A stretch of DNA of 64,000 nt from Tetramitus jugosus. Lineage: Eukaryota; Protista; Heterolobosea. Shown here one piece after another: positions 11,601 to 24,351 of this stretch (position 1 is its first letter; the number at the start of each line of letters is the position of its first letter). The notes beneath the pieces are model-generated. The model was not told where the DNA came from. It did not search any database and saw nothing but the letters and a program-made list of their open reading frames with translations. The stretch is from the NCBI GenBank assembly GCA_937625935.1, contig OW569346.1:623803-687802 (forward strand), in the 5' to 3' direction. The translations under genes and the position numbers were made by a program.

Positions 11601-14600
11601 CAGTCACAACCTCGTCTCTCTCATTATCGAAGCATATGTTCACCAACCAAACGAATATATCAACATCGATGAAATACTCGGGTGAAATATTGACTTTGTT
11701 CGCAGAAAAGGATGTTTTGCAATTATTGTCGAGCGAAGATGGACATATTGCATACAATCAACCGGGCAAGCTTGACTTGACAGTAGAAAATTTAGATCCA
11801 AGTGCCACCGTTATCAGCAAGATTCGAGTACTAGTTGGAAAACACTCTCCATCTTCTATTCCTAAAACTGTAAGAGTAGGTGAGGTTTGTGTCGAAACCA
11901 AACCAAACACCGAACAATGGGTGGACATCAACATCCCTATTCTCAATTGCACAGATGACAAAACAGTGTGCATAGAACTTTCTGCCACCCACAGCAACCA
12001 GAACATCGTTGTTGATCAAATAGAAGTGTATGGTGTAAGCTCGAGCAGACTTCGATTTGAGCAAGCAAAGATCAAGCTCAACGGTAACAACGAAAATTTA
12101 TCACCCATCGTGTCTGTTGCCTCCTCTCCTGATAAGCATTCTCCTCCGACACTTCTATTTGTTTTGAAGCAATTCTTGGCGGTGGTTCTTCCAAAGTACA
12201 TCCAAGCCACCAAAGATGAAGATAACTCAATCCAAATCGAAGCCCATCGTCTACTCTCTGATTGTTTTGTGAATAGGCAATTGCACGCCTTATGTCCACA
12301 TGCCATTTCCTCAATTATTTCATTGTGTGACTACCAATCCGATCGTGTCGTTGAGACAATCAATGATTATCTCTTGAAATTTGTGGATGCCGTCGACATA
12401 TCATCATTGAACACGCTTGATCTCTTGCATGTTCTCAAAGCGACCAACTCTCTACTTCTCTCTTCGCCTGAGAGTTTACTTCCTATCTTTACGAGCAATC
12501 CAAACCTCCTGCACCAACTTGTGACCAAATTGGAGGTGTTGAGAAACGAAAAACTCCACTCCCAAGGTCCGCTTGTGTATACTATCATTGGTATTAGTTT
12601 ACTCCAACTGCGAGGAAATAATTCCAATGTCCGAGTTTTGGCCATTTTAGACAAACTTCTATTTGACTCGGATGAATTTATTGTTTCTGAGGTTTCAAAA
12701 GCTATATCAAGTCTAATTATGTCATGTCCTCTCATGCAAAATCTTGACGAGGACAATCAATCGATGTACGGTCTTTTGATTCGACACTACGTCCAAAATA
12801 TGAAGGCTGTTCGCTCTAAGGACTCACTCAGTGCACTCTACTTTTATAAGTCGCTTTTGGACATCGTGGATCGATATCTATGCTTGAGCGATGAATCAAC
12901 AAAGCTGAAGTCTTGTAGTTATTTAGAGTCTGTATTCAAAGATGTGATATCCAATCTGTTCGGAGATGGAGACCGAGTGTTTAATATTGCCAAGCAGAGC
13001 GAAGACAATCAAATTCACTTGGTTGAATTGTTGTTTTTCACTTGTCTGATAGGAATGGTTGGTCCAAATGAATGTGTCTCGTCCAATGTCGCTGTTCTCG
13101 CTCAGCTTTGCAACAATCAAATTGGCAACGAGAAGTACATCTCAAAGCTAAAGAAGTTATTGACTGACGTAGCAGAAGAATACGATCGAGAAGAAAGCTC
13201 TCAGCGCTATTCAGAGATTACTGATGGAGGTCTCCTAAAACCACAGAAGAATATCCCTGACAGAAATTTTAGTCCCCTACTCAGCCAACAGTACTTGCTT
13301 GATAACAAACAAAGTATGTTTAGACCATATGCAAAGCTATTGACCCAAGTCATCTTCCAAATGATATACAATATCAAAGTGCACTCAGCTGCATGGACGG
13401 CACAAGATCTTGTTGAATGGAATGCAGTTTTAAGTCAACTGGCACTAAACAAACACTCACCTTTCATCAGGCAAAGATCAAAGGATTTACTTGTTCGCAT
13501 GAATGGAAGCCTTGATGATTACTTTAAGGTGACTGATAACAGTTTGTACGCATCCGAACTATTGGATTTCTACAATCCTTTGACATCTGTAACTGCCTAT
13601 CCAGAAGAAAAGGCCACCGAGTTGATGATATCTTTGGGTCAAGTGCTAGCTAGGGCCGTGGATCGACAACACAATTGGAGTCAATTCTGTTTCCATCATC
13701 CAACTATATATGTGTCACTCGCCCTTTTTGCTAGCCATTTTGTTGATGATACATGTTTGACACCAATCAAATTGATGCACCTCGGTTTACTAAACTCTGA
13801 TGATAGCCACAAGAAGGTTGCTTTAGCAGCATTAGCAAACAATACGGAACTTGATCTCTCAGGATTCATTGACTCCTATGCCTTGGTATCAAATTCTGAT
13901 GCAGTGAGAATAGAGACATGCAACATATTGGCTCTGCTCTCGTTGGGTGATAGCGATAATGTAACAAACACTATCATCTCCAAGATTTCTAATTTGCCTC
14001 GTTATGGTCGGAAGGCTGAGCAATTCCTCAACATACTTTTGTCTCAGATCCTTCAGAGTGAAAACGCTACTCTGCATCAAACTATTATCCACTTACTCAC
14101 GTGCTGCTTGAAACAAGAAAACATGATGATATCGGAGCACCCTAATCTCAGAATCTATAATACTTTGAAGAGATTTATGAACTTTAGTGAGTACTATCTG
14201 GAAAGTTCACCCTGTGCGATATGTAACAGCGTCGAAGAACCATTTATTGCACAGTCGTTTAATGACATTAAGAAGCTTATCAAGCATGAACATGCATCTC
14301 AGTACCTCCTATTCAACAAAAGTTATATGATATCCAGTATTGACTTTAACGCTTCGATATCGGCTCCATCGAAAAAAATGGTCAGAACACTCGAACTTTA
14401 TTACAACAATAAGTCAGATTTGTCAATTGCAGACCTAAGAGAAGCAAGTTGGAAAAAGTTTGGTACTATGGATATTCCTAAGGGTGCCGAAAAAGCTTCA
14501 TTGGCTTTACCATTGCCTATCATCGCCTCCAATGTCATGGTCGAGTTTTCTTCTTTCTATGAAGATTTACTGTCATCTGATCGATTAATGTGTCCGAATT

Positions 14601-17600
14601 GTAGAATACCTGTCGTTGATCGTCATGGCGTATGTGCATCTTGTAATGACAATGCGTACCAGTGTATTAAGTGTCGAAATGTGAACTATGGCGAACTGGA
14701 CGGTTTCTTTTGTTCTGTATGTGGCCACTCCAAGTATGGCTCCTTCACATTCGGCTTCTCTGCTCGAGAATCTCACGTATCTGATGAGATTAAGGATGAA
14801 AAAGACTCCAAAGCTGCAATTATCCTAATCGAGAAGCAATTAGAAATTGCACATGAGAAGTATGATGCCCTTCAGTCTCATAGAGATGTTATACTGGATC
14901 ACTTGGAGGAATTAGAAGATGATACCCGAATCGATGATGACAAAGAAAAACTAAACACAATCGTAGAGAGTTTATATGACTTGTACGTAACTGATGCTGG
15001 AAATTTGTTCAAAGAGTTGAGTGCATGTATGAAAACACTAAGCGTCACTCGTCATCAATTGATGGAGTATTTGAATCGAAATCGATCCAACAAACAATTG
15101 GAGAATAATCATACCAACAACAACGTTCAACCTCAATCGCGATGTTTCGCCTGTGCTAACAACTTTGTCCGCTCGACTCTTAACTTGCTGTTGCATGTCG
15201 AACAAAGCTACGCACCAGATTGTGTTGGAGAGCTCGCTCAAAACACTTTAAAGTACGGTGTGATGGACAACAGAAAGCTCACAAGAAAGGTGATCAGTCA
15301 TTTGGTGAGGTCCAATTTACAAGGATCACAGATGTTGAACAATATTTTACGCAAGAGAATTGATTTTGCTCTTGCAAACCATAGAGATTTAGATTTAAAC
15401 GCATTCATCCGTCATGAGATGCTCCTACTTTGCGAACTGAACCATGAGTCCATTGAATGTTTTGAGAATCATATCGGCACTGTCTTTGAGATCATGTTAA
15501 AGGCAATAAGGATTGCTTCATTCAGCACCTCTGTTTGTGAAAAAATTGTCGTCCCTTGCCTAACGGTACTAACCAAGTTCTTAGAACCTAGTGACAATGA
15601 ACCAGCAGACAGCGAAACAGATGAGATGAAGAACTCGACTCACTCTCACATTACAATGCAGCAATGGGCAAGTGGTCGAAGAAACATGAAACAATGGATT
15701 AACAGTAATGCGAAAGCGAAGAACAAAGGATTTGAAGCCATTCAGTTCAGCAACTCGAAATCGGCTGCTGCTCCTGCGTCGAACCTTCCAATTAATCCAT
15801 ACTTGATCAAAAATCTTCTGTTGAACAAAGTGTCTCGGGATACAAGAACACACATGCTTTCTCTGTTACAACTGCTGTGCAAGGCCAATCCAGATAGAGA
15901 ATTAGAACTGCTGAAGGTACTATGTTATTGTTTATCAAGTGCAATGTCTGTTGGTGAAGCTGCTGAGGAGTATTTCTCACTACTATTCAGCTTGGTTGAA
16001 TCAGAGGAAAGAAAGTACTTCCTGGGTACTGACGAGTATCTAACAATGTTCAGTAGCAATTTAATGACTGAAGTAGACAGGATAGAGTACTTGGAAAAGC
16101 TTGGATCGGATGTAGTGTCGGATCTATCTCAGGGAACCACGCTTGGTCACCTTGTCCTGCTGATCAATGATTTCTTGAAGGTACCTGATATAATGCGCGA
16201 GTTCAAAGAAAAGAAGTCACACATCTCAGCAATTTTGAACAGCTTCCTATCATTGCGCACACTTATCACACAGCGAACCTCGAAAACTTCCTTGAGTTGT
16301 GATGTTCTTCAACAGATTATTGATAGACTTCGCGAAACAGAAAAAGATAAGGAATTCTTCCTAGAAGTCTGTATCGATGCTCTGAAGACTCGATCTGATA
16401 ACTTGTCATCCATATTCATTTTTGAAAGACTATGCAATTTAATTGTGCCCTTCAAAGAAGAACCCAGTTACGAACTGGACATGGAGCGCCACGACTCCCA
16501 ACAATATTTCTTCCAGGGAGGCATGAGAAACAATCCCTACACTAGCCACCAAATCGGCACAACAATGAGTGATGTCGCAGCATATATTCTCAAGGAAATG
16601 AACATTTGCTCTGATTTTGCACTGGAACTTTTAGTGAAAGATAAGATCATTAACTTGAACTTAGAAATAACAAAGGTGTACGAACAAGTGTGGATGCGAG
16701 AAGAAGGTGATACACCAATGGAAGTCATTTTCCGCTTCCAAGGTGTAGATGGTGAAGCCACTGAAGACGTTATCGATGAACTCGAAGATGATTCGGTCGA
16801 ACAGGATTTGGAAGAACTGTGCAAAATTACTTCTGGCATGAGCAAGTACAACAGATTGGAGTTAGTATTACAATATGTTGACTCGATAACGGACGAGAAT
16901 ACTGATCGGATATTGATCAAATACGTCCTACAATTCTTGTTGTATTGTACATATGTCAAGAAGAATCGAAGAAAGCTCCTCATGGTGAATGCTGTACAAC
17001 TATTGCTGACGAAGTGTAAATTCGTATTTTCCAATCCAGATTTGTTTGATCTGGCCGAGATGATTCTCCTCATCATTAAGCCAATTGTGGAGGAAGCAAC
17101 TCGCATGAGTTTCGAATCTAATGCTAGTCCATTGACTCCTATGAGTCCATATATGAGTGGTGATGACGAAAGTGCAAATACCATTCATTTATTGAAAAAG
17201 AATTCCGAAGATACTTTGAATCAATTGGTGATGTTCCTGGATAAACTGCCATCGATGAGCCCAAAGATTGTCAACGCAGTAAGCAAGGTACTTCCATTTT
17301 TGACATATGGCGAGAAGGAATCATGCGAGTATCTGATCAACTACTTCAAACCACATTTGAATCTCGATGAATACAATCAGAATCAGACCAAGGAGAATAC
17401 ATTCTATCTCTCTACCTTTGTCACTGTATCCAGCGCTATACCCAATGATATGGCAGGTAACCATTTGAAGAACATGATACTAGAGTCTGGCATTACTGAA
17501 AATATATTCTCTCACTTGTGCTCTCTATTCGACGATAAGGACGACGGCAATGATCAAACGGGTCAAGACGCATATAATCTTCCTAGTGTACATTTTGCAA

Positions 17601-19009
17601 TTAATTTATTGGTTGGTCTCTGCACGTCTCATCACCCCTCTCAAAAGCTGTTGTTGGTAAGAGCATCGACGATTGAAATGCTTCATCGAATGGAAGAAAA
17701 TGTATATGCGAAAGATGTCGCCACACTTGCGGAATTACTCTTAAATAAGCTAGCTGAAAACGGGTTTGAAGCAAGTGCAGATATTAACTCGATTCGATCA
17801 AAGACAAAGAAGAAAAAGAGAAGGAAGGCAAACAACACTCGAAACAAACTCTTGAAGGATATGGGACTGTCCATTACACAGACAGGTGGAATCAAGCAAG
17901 ATAAGATTGTTGGATTTGACTTGGATCAGCTAACAGAAGAGACTGGACTTACATGTTGTATTTGTGGTGATGGATATGGATTCAAGCCTCAAGAGCTCCT
18001 TGGCATCTACAACTTTGCCAAGGTTGCCAGCTTTGGAGATTTTACGGGATTCTCATCTGTTACATCCTTCACAACAATTCATATAAGCTGTCACACACAG
18101 GCCGCAGAAGCTGACGAGAATCTCAGGCCATCTAAATCTGTTTGGGAAGGTGCCTTGATCCGAAACGGATTCTCCAAATGTAATTGCTTGTTACCAATAC
18201 TGGGACCTGAGAATGACAAGGATGCATACACCAGATCTGTAGAACACTATTGGACTCAGATGGCAAATATTAGAGCTATTAAGGAAAGATTCAAAACCAC
18301 ATCGTTCGATCTAACATCTCTCTTGTTGAAACTTGCTAAACTAGAGAGCTTGTCTATTGACTCTGGTGGTGGAAGTACCCTCCATAACCTAAAGTTAATA
18401 CCATTTGAAATTCAGATGGCCCTGCTTGTGTTGGATGATGCAAATGAAAGAACAAAGTACGAAGCAGTGCTCAATGATTTCTTAAGCTCTCCCGTCCAGG
18501 GACTCAGTACTGTCAGCGATCGATCTGCCTTCTGGAACTGCGTGTTATCACTCTTCCTCATGTCATTAGAAGAGTGGAATACAAACAGGTTCAACATTCT
18601 CAAGAAGTTAATCGAACAGAGCAAGCAAGATGCATTGGCTTTGAATCATGTCATTACCAGTTCAAATCTGTTTGAGCACTACAGAACTCCCATCCTCTTT
18701 TTCTGTATCGTGGATGAGATACAAAACAGTATCAAACAGAGCTCTGAAGAAACACCAGCGACAAGTGCCTCAAACACGACATCAATCCATCACGCTAATG
18801 ACGCACCATGGATCTCTGCCATCAAGACCAGAATCCAAAAGAACCACATGGAGATTCTCAACCAAATGGAGCATATCGCTGACACATTCTATCCAAAGCT
18901 GAAGAGTGCTACCTCTGTTGAAGCATGCCTCAATTGCTTATCAAACTCCAACTCGGATTCCTCACTGGCAGAGTGCCTGCAGTGGATTGCTCAGCAAACC
19001 GCGGAATAG
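5637..19009 (+). CDS. UBR4: UBR4/BIG/Pushover giant E3/E4 ubiquitin ligase
   Basis: 5' exons joined by GT-AG introns (clear ones 6464-6558 and 7146-7210), then a 3932-aa ORF. It has the beta-propeller (VPFKITHVRFNSANGNFLAVAG), the Cys-rich domain (YYLESSPCAIC; CPNC...CASC...YQCIKCRNVNY...FCSVCG) and the C-terminal hemiRING (GLTCCICGDGY...IHISCH...WEGALIRN...CNCLLPI). Confidence 0.93.
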
Positions 19010-19126
19010 TCCAAATAAAGTCGGATTCGCGAAGGAAAAGCGTTTCGCCCTCGGAATATTTCTTTCACGGATCGAAAGCACAATTCGCCCCCAACAACGA
19101 CACCCAAAAACAACAAAACAAACAAC

Positions 19127-20147
19127 ATGAAAATCTTGTCCATCATTGCACTCATTATTGCCGTTGTGATTGGTTGCGTCTCTGTGACTGTCCTGTCCAG
19201 CAACTCACCATGTCAACACTATCACGAAGCTGATTTTGACTACTTTTTGGTACGCACAATCGTTTGTTGGCCATTGACTGTGCCTCTCCTTTTGACAAAC
19301 ATCTTATATCAAACTGACAACAAACATTTTTGATCATGTATCGTGTTGTAATTTTATTTATCCTCATCGATTGTTGCAGTTGTCTATTCAATGGCCAGGT
19401 AACAGCTGCAAAATCAATAGTCAACACAAGGACTGCAGAGTCCCTGCTTCTGTCTCCAACTTTACCATTCGTATGTGTTGATTTTGTTGTTGTTGTCATA
19501 TGTATTTGCAGTGTTCCTTTGTGGTTGATTTCGTACATTTACTCACCATTTGACCACACTTTTTAACATGTGGTATTATCATTATCATTATCATTGTTAT
19601 TATTATTATAAAACACATATCAACAACAACAATAACAACAATAACAACAATAGATGGATTGTGGCCAAATAGCAACACCATCTACCATGGTCCAACATGC
19701 TGCCAAGACATTCCATTCGACTACTCTGCCCTCAAGCCAATTATGCAATCATTGGAAGTCAACTGGCCAAGTTTCTTCAACACGAATGAAGATTTCTGGA
19801 GTCATGAATGGCTCAAGCACGGAACATGCTCTCAATCCTCATCCGAGTACGACTACTTTTTCAAGACTTTGAATCTGTTGAATCGATTGCCACTGTTGAA
19901 TGCCTTGTCCAAGGCAGGCATCGTACCAGGAAAGTCCATGGTTTCCACCAGTGCAATTGTCAGTGCCATCAAGGATCAACTCCGTATCCCTGTTCAACTC
20001 ACATGTGGTCACGGCAACTATTTGAACGAGGTTCACATGTGTTTGACCAAGCAATTTGAGTTTATTGAGTGCCCAGCCTCTCAAAGAGTCCATGCATCCA
20101 GCAGTGATGCCTGCCAGGCCAATGTTTACTTTTTGCCTCTGCATTAA
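19127..20147 (+). CDS. RNASET2: Secreted ribonuclease T2
   Basis: Signal peptide; exons 19127-19249, 19380-19470, 19654-20147 restore CAS I FTIHGLWP (split by intron 2) and CAS II FWSHEWLKHGTC. Confidence 0.93.
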
Positions 20148-20389
20148 GTTTGTAATGATAATAAAAAGAATCATTTATTATTATTATTACGGTGAGATTT
20201 TGTCGTGTGTTTCCGTACATTGTTATGTTATTGTTGTGGGGGCTTTCGTCTACGGCTACGGATGTCGACCGGTTATATTTTTACAATCAGAACATGTTTC
20301 TATTTCGATTGGACGGTTTGCCCAGAGCTTTTTATTCGCTGCGAAAAAGTAAAATACCAACCAACCAACCAAATACACCAACAGCCCAC

Positions 20390-21043
20390 ATGAAACCATT
20401 GACCCTACTTGTTTTCTGTCTTCTGTCCTCGACACTGCTCGTTACTCTCGGACACTGCGCTTCGATCTATCCCCTTATCAATAACGTTAAGAGGGAGTTT
20501 TCTCCTGTAAATGCCAATTATTACTTTGCCTGCAACTTGGGTGGAGATCGATGGTTGGCCATTGTCAACCAACCTTGCAGCACAGCTGCTGTTCTCACTG
20601 TTCCTCCAAACACCCGAATGATTGTGACAGGTACTGTGACAACCTCTTGTGGAACCTATTCGACTGTCTTCGTGAATGATGTCAATGCAGGTTATGTGGA
20701 ACAACAATACCTCTGTAAACCTAGACTACCGCTCATTCGGGGTGATGAGGTTGGTGCTTGCAATATGCCTGCAAGTTGGGACTTTTTGAATCTGTTCAGA
20801 GCTCCTTACACCAATCAAACACCAGTAAGTCAATTCCGGCGTTATGACAGAGGAGTTGTCGTTGACGGTCCTGCTTATAACAACCAGATTTACATGGTCA
20901 AAGTATACAACCGGAATCTGAATAGCTATGGTTGGGTCGATGCTGGATATGTTTGCCAGATTACAGCCGGAAAGAACCAGATCCCCATCTCCAATAAGGG
21001 TGTTGTGACACCAAAGAGAGTGATCAAAAAAGTCAGATCTTGA
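20390..21043 (+). CDS. Secreted protein with two tandem bacterial-type SH3 (SH3b-like) domains
   Basis: ATG at 20390 with signal peptide MKPLTLLVFCLL; two repeats ending AGYVEQQYL and YGWVDAGYV, starting LAIVNQP and LNLFRAP (SH3b pattern LNvRxxP...GWVxxxYV). Confidence 0.6.
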   Translation: MKPLTLLVFCLLSSTLLVTLGHCASIYPLINNVKREFSPVNANYYFACNLGGDRWLAIVNQPCSTAAVLTVPPNTRMIVTGTVTTSCGTYSTVFVNDVNAGYVEQQYLCKPRLPLIRGDEVGACNMPASWDFLNLFRAPYTNQTPVSQFRRYDRGVVVDGPAYNNQIYMVKVYNRNLNSYGWVDAGYVCQITAGKNQIPISNKGVVTPKRVIKKVRS

Positions 21044-21111
21044 AACCACACAACCGACAAATAACAATCAATAAATAAAATTGGATTACGTTGATAGCAA
21101 AAAAAAGGAGT

Positions 21112-22155
21112 TTACAAAGTAAAGATACCAGCAACACCAACTTCTCCAGCACTGTAGGATGATCTATTGTAGCCAGGATCGTTGACGTAGAAGGTAGATC
21201 TATCAGCGCTGACACCAGTTGCCAACACCCAGTGACCACCTCTGTTGACATTCAAAATGACAACATTGTTGGCACAAATGTGCTTGGCAATCTCAGCCTT
21301 GCTAGATGGTTGACCAATGTATCTGAGTCCGAATCTGGAGACAGATCCCCAGATGAACAAGCTTCCTTGGTATCCACCATTGCTTCTCAAGAATGAGTTC
21401 AAGGTACCTGGATTTGGAGATTGACCATTGACAGACTTGCCCAAGCCGTTCAAAGCCATGGAAACAGAGCTCATCAAGCATCCAATTCTGCAAACAGAGG
21501 AACTGCCCAAAGCATTGCCTCCCCATCTACCATCGCATTGCTTGAACAATGGATAGTTTCTGGTCTTGCAGGAGCCGGCACCACCGCCGCCGCCACCGCC
21601 ACCACCACCAACAACAGTGACAAAGTTGGAAGCGACCCAACCATTGGAAACAGAGTACCAAGTGTAACCGCAGCCACTCTGGGACTTGCCAGTGTACTTT
21701 GTGGTTTGACCAGAACCCAATCCAGCAACAATCTTGTATGTGGTGCAAGGACCGGAACGAACATTCAATCCAGTGGTAGCACGCAAGGTGGCACCATTGC
21801 TAATGGATGAATCAGAGAGAATCTCAGAGTTGTCACTCAACACAGAGGACTCATCTTCTTCAATCATGTCGGACAAGACGGCTTCTTGCTTTTGAACGTC
21901 CTTGTTCAACAATTGTTGAGAAATCTTGTCCAACTTGTTTGTCAATTTGGACAACTTTTTTTGCCAGTCGAGCTTCTTCTTTTCAGGGATGCAGGACTTG
22001 ATGCATTCGACAACTTCTTGTTGAGAAGGCTTGGTAGCAGCACCAGTGGTGGTAGAGAGGCACTTGGCAGCACAGGAAGCAGTGGCGCTTCTAGCAGAAG
22101 CAGCAGCAGCAAACAGAGCAACGAGCAATAAGAGGGACAGAATGACCTTTCTCAT
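21112..22155 (-). CDS. Secreted SH3b + peptidase C39-like (papain-fold) protein, putative cell-wall hydrolase
   Basis: Start MRKVILSLLL at 22155; Cys-containing and acidic pro-region; SH3b (GLNVRSGP...TWY...GWVASNFV); poly-Gly linker; catalytic domain PLFKQCDGRWG, IGCLMSSVSMAL, GGHWVL, YVNDPG (Q/C/H/D). Confidence 0.8.
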   Translation of the reverse strand: MRKVILSLLLLVALFAAAASARSATASCAAKCLSTTTGAATKPSQQEVVECIKSCIPEKKKLDWQKKLSKLTNKLDKISQQLLNKDVQKQEAVLSDMIEEDESSVLSDNSEILSDSSISNGATLRATTGLNVRSGPCTTYKIVAGLGSGQTTKYTGKSQSGCGYTWYSVSNGWVASNFVTVVGGGGGGGGGGAGSCKTRNYPLFKQCDGRWGGNALGSSSVCRIGCLMSSVSMALNGLGKSVNGQSPNPGTLNSFLRSNGGYQGSLFIWGSVSRFGLRYIGQPSSKAEIAKHICANNVVILNVNRGGHWVLATGVSADRSTFYVNDPGYNRSSYSAGEVGVAGIFTL

Positions 22156-22564
22156 CGTGATGTATGTAGTGTAGGGATAATGGTACAAAAAAAAATGGGA
22201 TGATGATGCGTTTTTTGGTTTGTGCTGGAATTTGGAGAATTTGAAGCTGCACGAAGGTTCGGGTGTGCATTGTTGCGACATCCGGATTGTAAGCTAGGCG
22301 GAGTTATGCAATCTGATCGATTACAACGGGAATGACATCGACTGTCAAGGGTCGTACGCTTTCCAATTCTGGAGATAGCGGCGCTAAAGAATACGGTGAC
22401 TTGACTACAGATGCAACCAAGTAAACTCAACCTGCCTGGCAATGCCAACTCTGGTCCAGAAGTTTGCAACAGAAGTTTGATTTTTGTCATGAATCGGAGT
22501 TCTCGTGTGAATGTCCGATCACAAAAAACAACAGAAAATCAGAAAAAGATTGTTAAGAGCAACC

Positions 22565-24286
22565 ATGAACCCAATGAACAACACCAAACGACAAAGGAGA
22601 AAGAAGGAATGGCTTCTCCTCGAGTGCAAATCCGCTGCTGCCAATGAAGACAATACAAGCACAACAACGACTACAATCACATCATCCCTTCAACAATCCA
22701 CGAAATCATCACCCTTTGCTGTTTTTCCAAGTGAGATCATATCGAACATTCTCAGTTTTCTCCTGTTTCGACTGAATCGATACATTAGTCGCATATTTTC
22801 CAAATCACACTACAACAACAACAACAATAACAATATCAATGGTCGTCACTCTTACATCAGTGATCACGATGGATTGCGTCATATCGAATCTCAATTGTAC
22901 AAGCTCCTATTTGGGTCAGTGCAGTCTCAAAAATCAACTCCTACTCTTTTGATTGCACCTCCAACACTCTCCACCACCACCACCACCACCAACAACAACA
23001 AGAGTACGAGCAATTGTCGAGACTATTTTAGTCTGTGGAGTCACATTGATCTCAGCATAAAATCATGCTATCAATTGGATCAACAAGAGGATTTATCAGT
23101 AGAGCAATTATTGGTTCTGTCATCGTGTCTTCGAAATCAATCATCCATCAATCTCAGAGGACACATTCACTTTAATGATTATTGTGTGACTGTTCTCATG
23201 AAAAACAATCCTCAATTGCAATTTTTGGATTTACAGTCGACACAAGTGGATTACGAAGGCATCAAATCCATTTTACTCACCAAGGCACACTCACCAATAG
23301 CTGATTCATCATCATCATCCGTAGAAGATGCAACAATGTCAAAATCCAATTCTATCGTACCGTTGAAGCGTGCCATGTTTCAACACACTCATATTCTCAA
23401 GACACTAAAGTTGAGTCGATTGAGTAGAGCTCCATTAACAGAAGCCAATGTAACCATATTCAAATACTGCAGGAGTCTAGTACACTTGGAATTGTCGAAC
23501 AATGGTCTTCATCTCAATGAGGTGAAGAAGCTCATTTGTTATCCGAATGTAGGAACAGAGGAGACGCATGATAAGTCGATTGTGATGGAACCGTTGCCTG
23601 CCATCATATCACCATCGCTGGGCAGCAGTAGCGAGTCAATCTCCTACAAGCAATTCACAAAATTGAATCTGAGTTGCAACACAATTACAGACGAAGGTGC
23701 AAAGGTGTTGTCCATGTGTTCTTCTCTCAAGGTGCTAATATTGGAGGATTGTGGTCTGGGCAATGATGGAATGAAGCATTTATTGGAGATTGATCCAGAA
23801 TCATCCGCATCTCCCTATCACAGACTCACAAATTTGACCAAGTTGAATGTGAGTCATAATAGACCTGCTACGGGAGTCATGTCTGATGAGGGATTAGCTC
23901 CAATTGTTGATCACAAAACTCTCAAACACTTGATATTGAGCGACAATAACTTTGGAGATGCAGTCGCGAATTATCTGAGTGCAAATTCTGTACTGGAATA
24001 CATCAATCTGGATCACACAAAGCTGACATATGTTGGTGTCGGTCGAATTTTGATGGGTGATGATCCTCCTCCAATCAAACCTGCAGAAGCAGCAGAGGCC
24101 AATAAGAAGGAGCTTGTTTTCAAGTCCAATGTGATGAACACTCTTAAAAAGTTGAATATTCGCTTCATACAGGCAACGAGAGAGGAAGTGGTCAAGTTGC
24201 ACTCTGCTCTGAGACAGCACCAACAAAAGGAAGAGACTGCTGGCAAAACATGTTATCCTCAATTTAAGATTTTAGCATACACGTAG
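22565..24286 (+). CDS. F-box/LRR (RNI-like) protein
   Basis: F-box FAVFPSEIISNILSFL; LRRs LxxLxLSxNxI(T/G)DEGA; first ATG at 22565. Confidence 0.8.
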   Translation: MNPMNNTKRQRRKKEWLLLECKSAAANEDNTSTTTTTITSSLQQSTKSSPFAVFPSEIISNILSFLLFRLNRYISRIFSKSHYNNNNNNNINGRHSYISDHDGLRHIESQLYKLLFGSVQSQKSTPTLLIAPPTLSTTTTTTNNNKSTSNCRDYFSLWSHIDLSIKSCYQLDQQEDLSVEQLLVLSSCLRNQSSINLRGHIHFNDYCVTVLMKNNPQLQFLDLQSTQVDYEGIKSILLTKAHSPIADSSSSSVEDATMSKSNSIVPLKRAMFQHTHILKTLKLSRLSRAPLTEANVTIFKYCRSLVHLELSNNGLHLNEVKKLICYPNVGTEETHDKSIVMEPLPAIISPSLGSSSESISYKQFTKLNLSCNTITDEGAKVLSMCSSLKVLILEDCGLGNDGMKHLLEIDPESSASPYHRLTNLTKLNVSHNRPATGVMSDEGLAPIVDHKTLKHLILSDNNFGDAVANYLSANSVLEYINLDHTKLTYVGVGRILMGDDPPPIKPAEAAEANKKELVFKSNVMNTLKKLNIRFIQATREEVVKLHSALRQHQQKEETAGKTCYPQFKILAYT

Positions 24287-24351
24287 GAGAAGCATACTGG
24301 ACAACAGTGATATAGAAATATCAACGATCTTGAGAGCTAAAAACATTATCT

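Noticed and set aside
22200-22500. GC-richer intergenic stretch with a small hairpin, possible ncRNA
   Set aside because: No tRNA cloverleaf or convincing snoRNA box pair; compatible with a divergent promoter. An Infernal/Rfam scan would decide.
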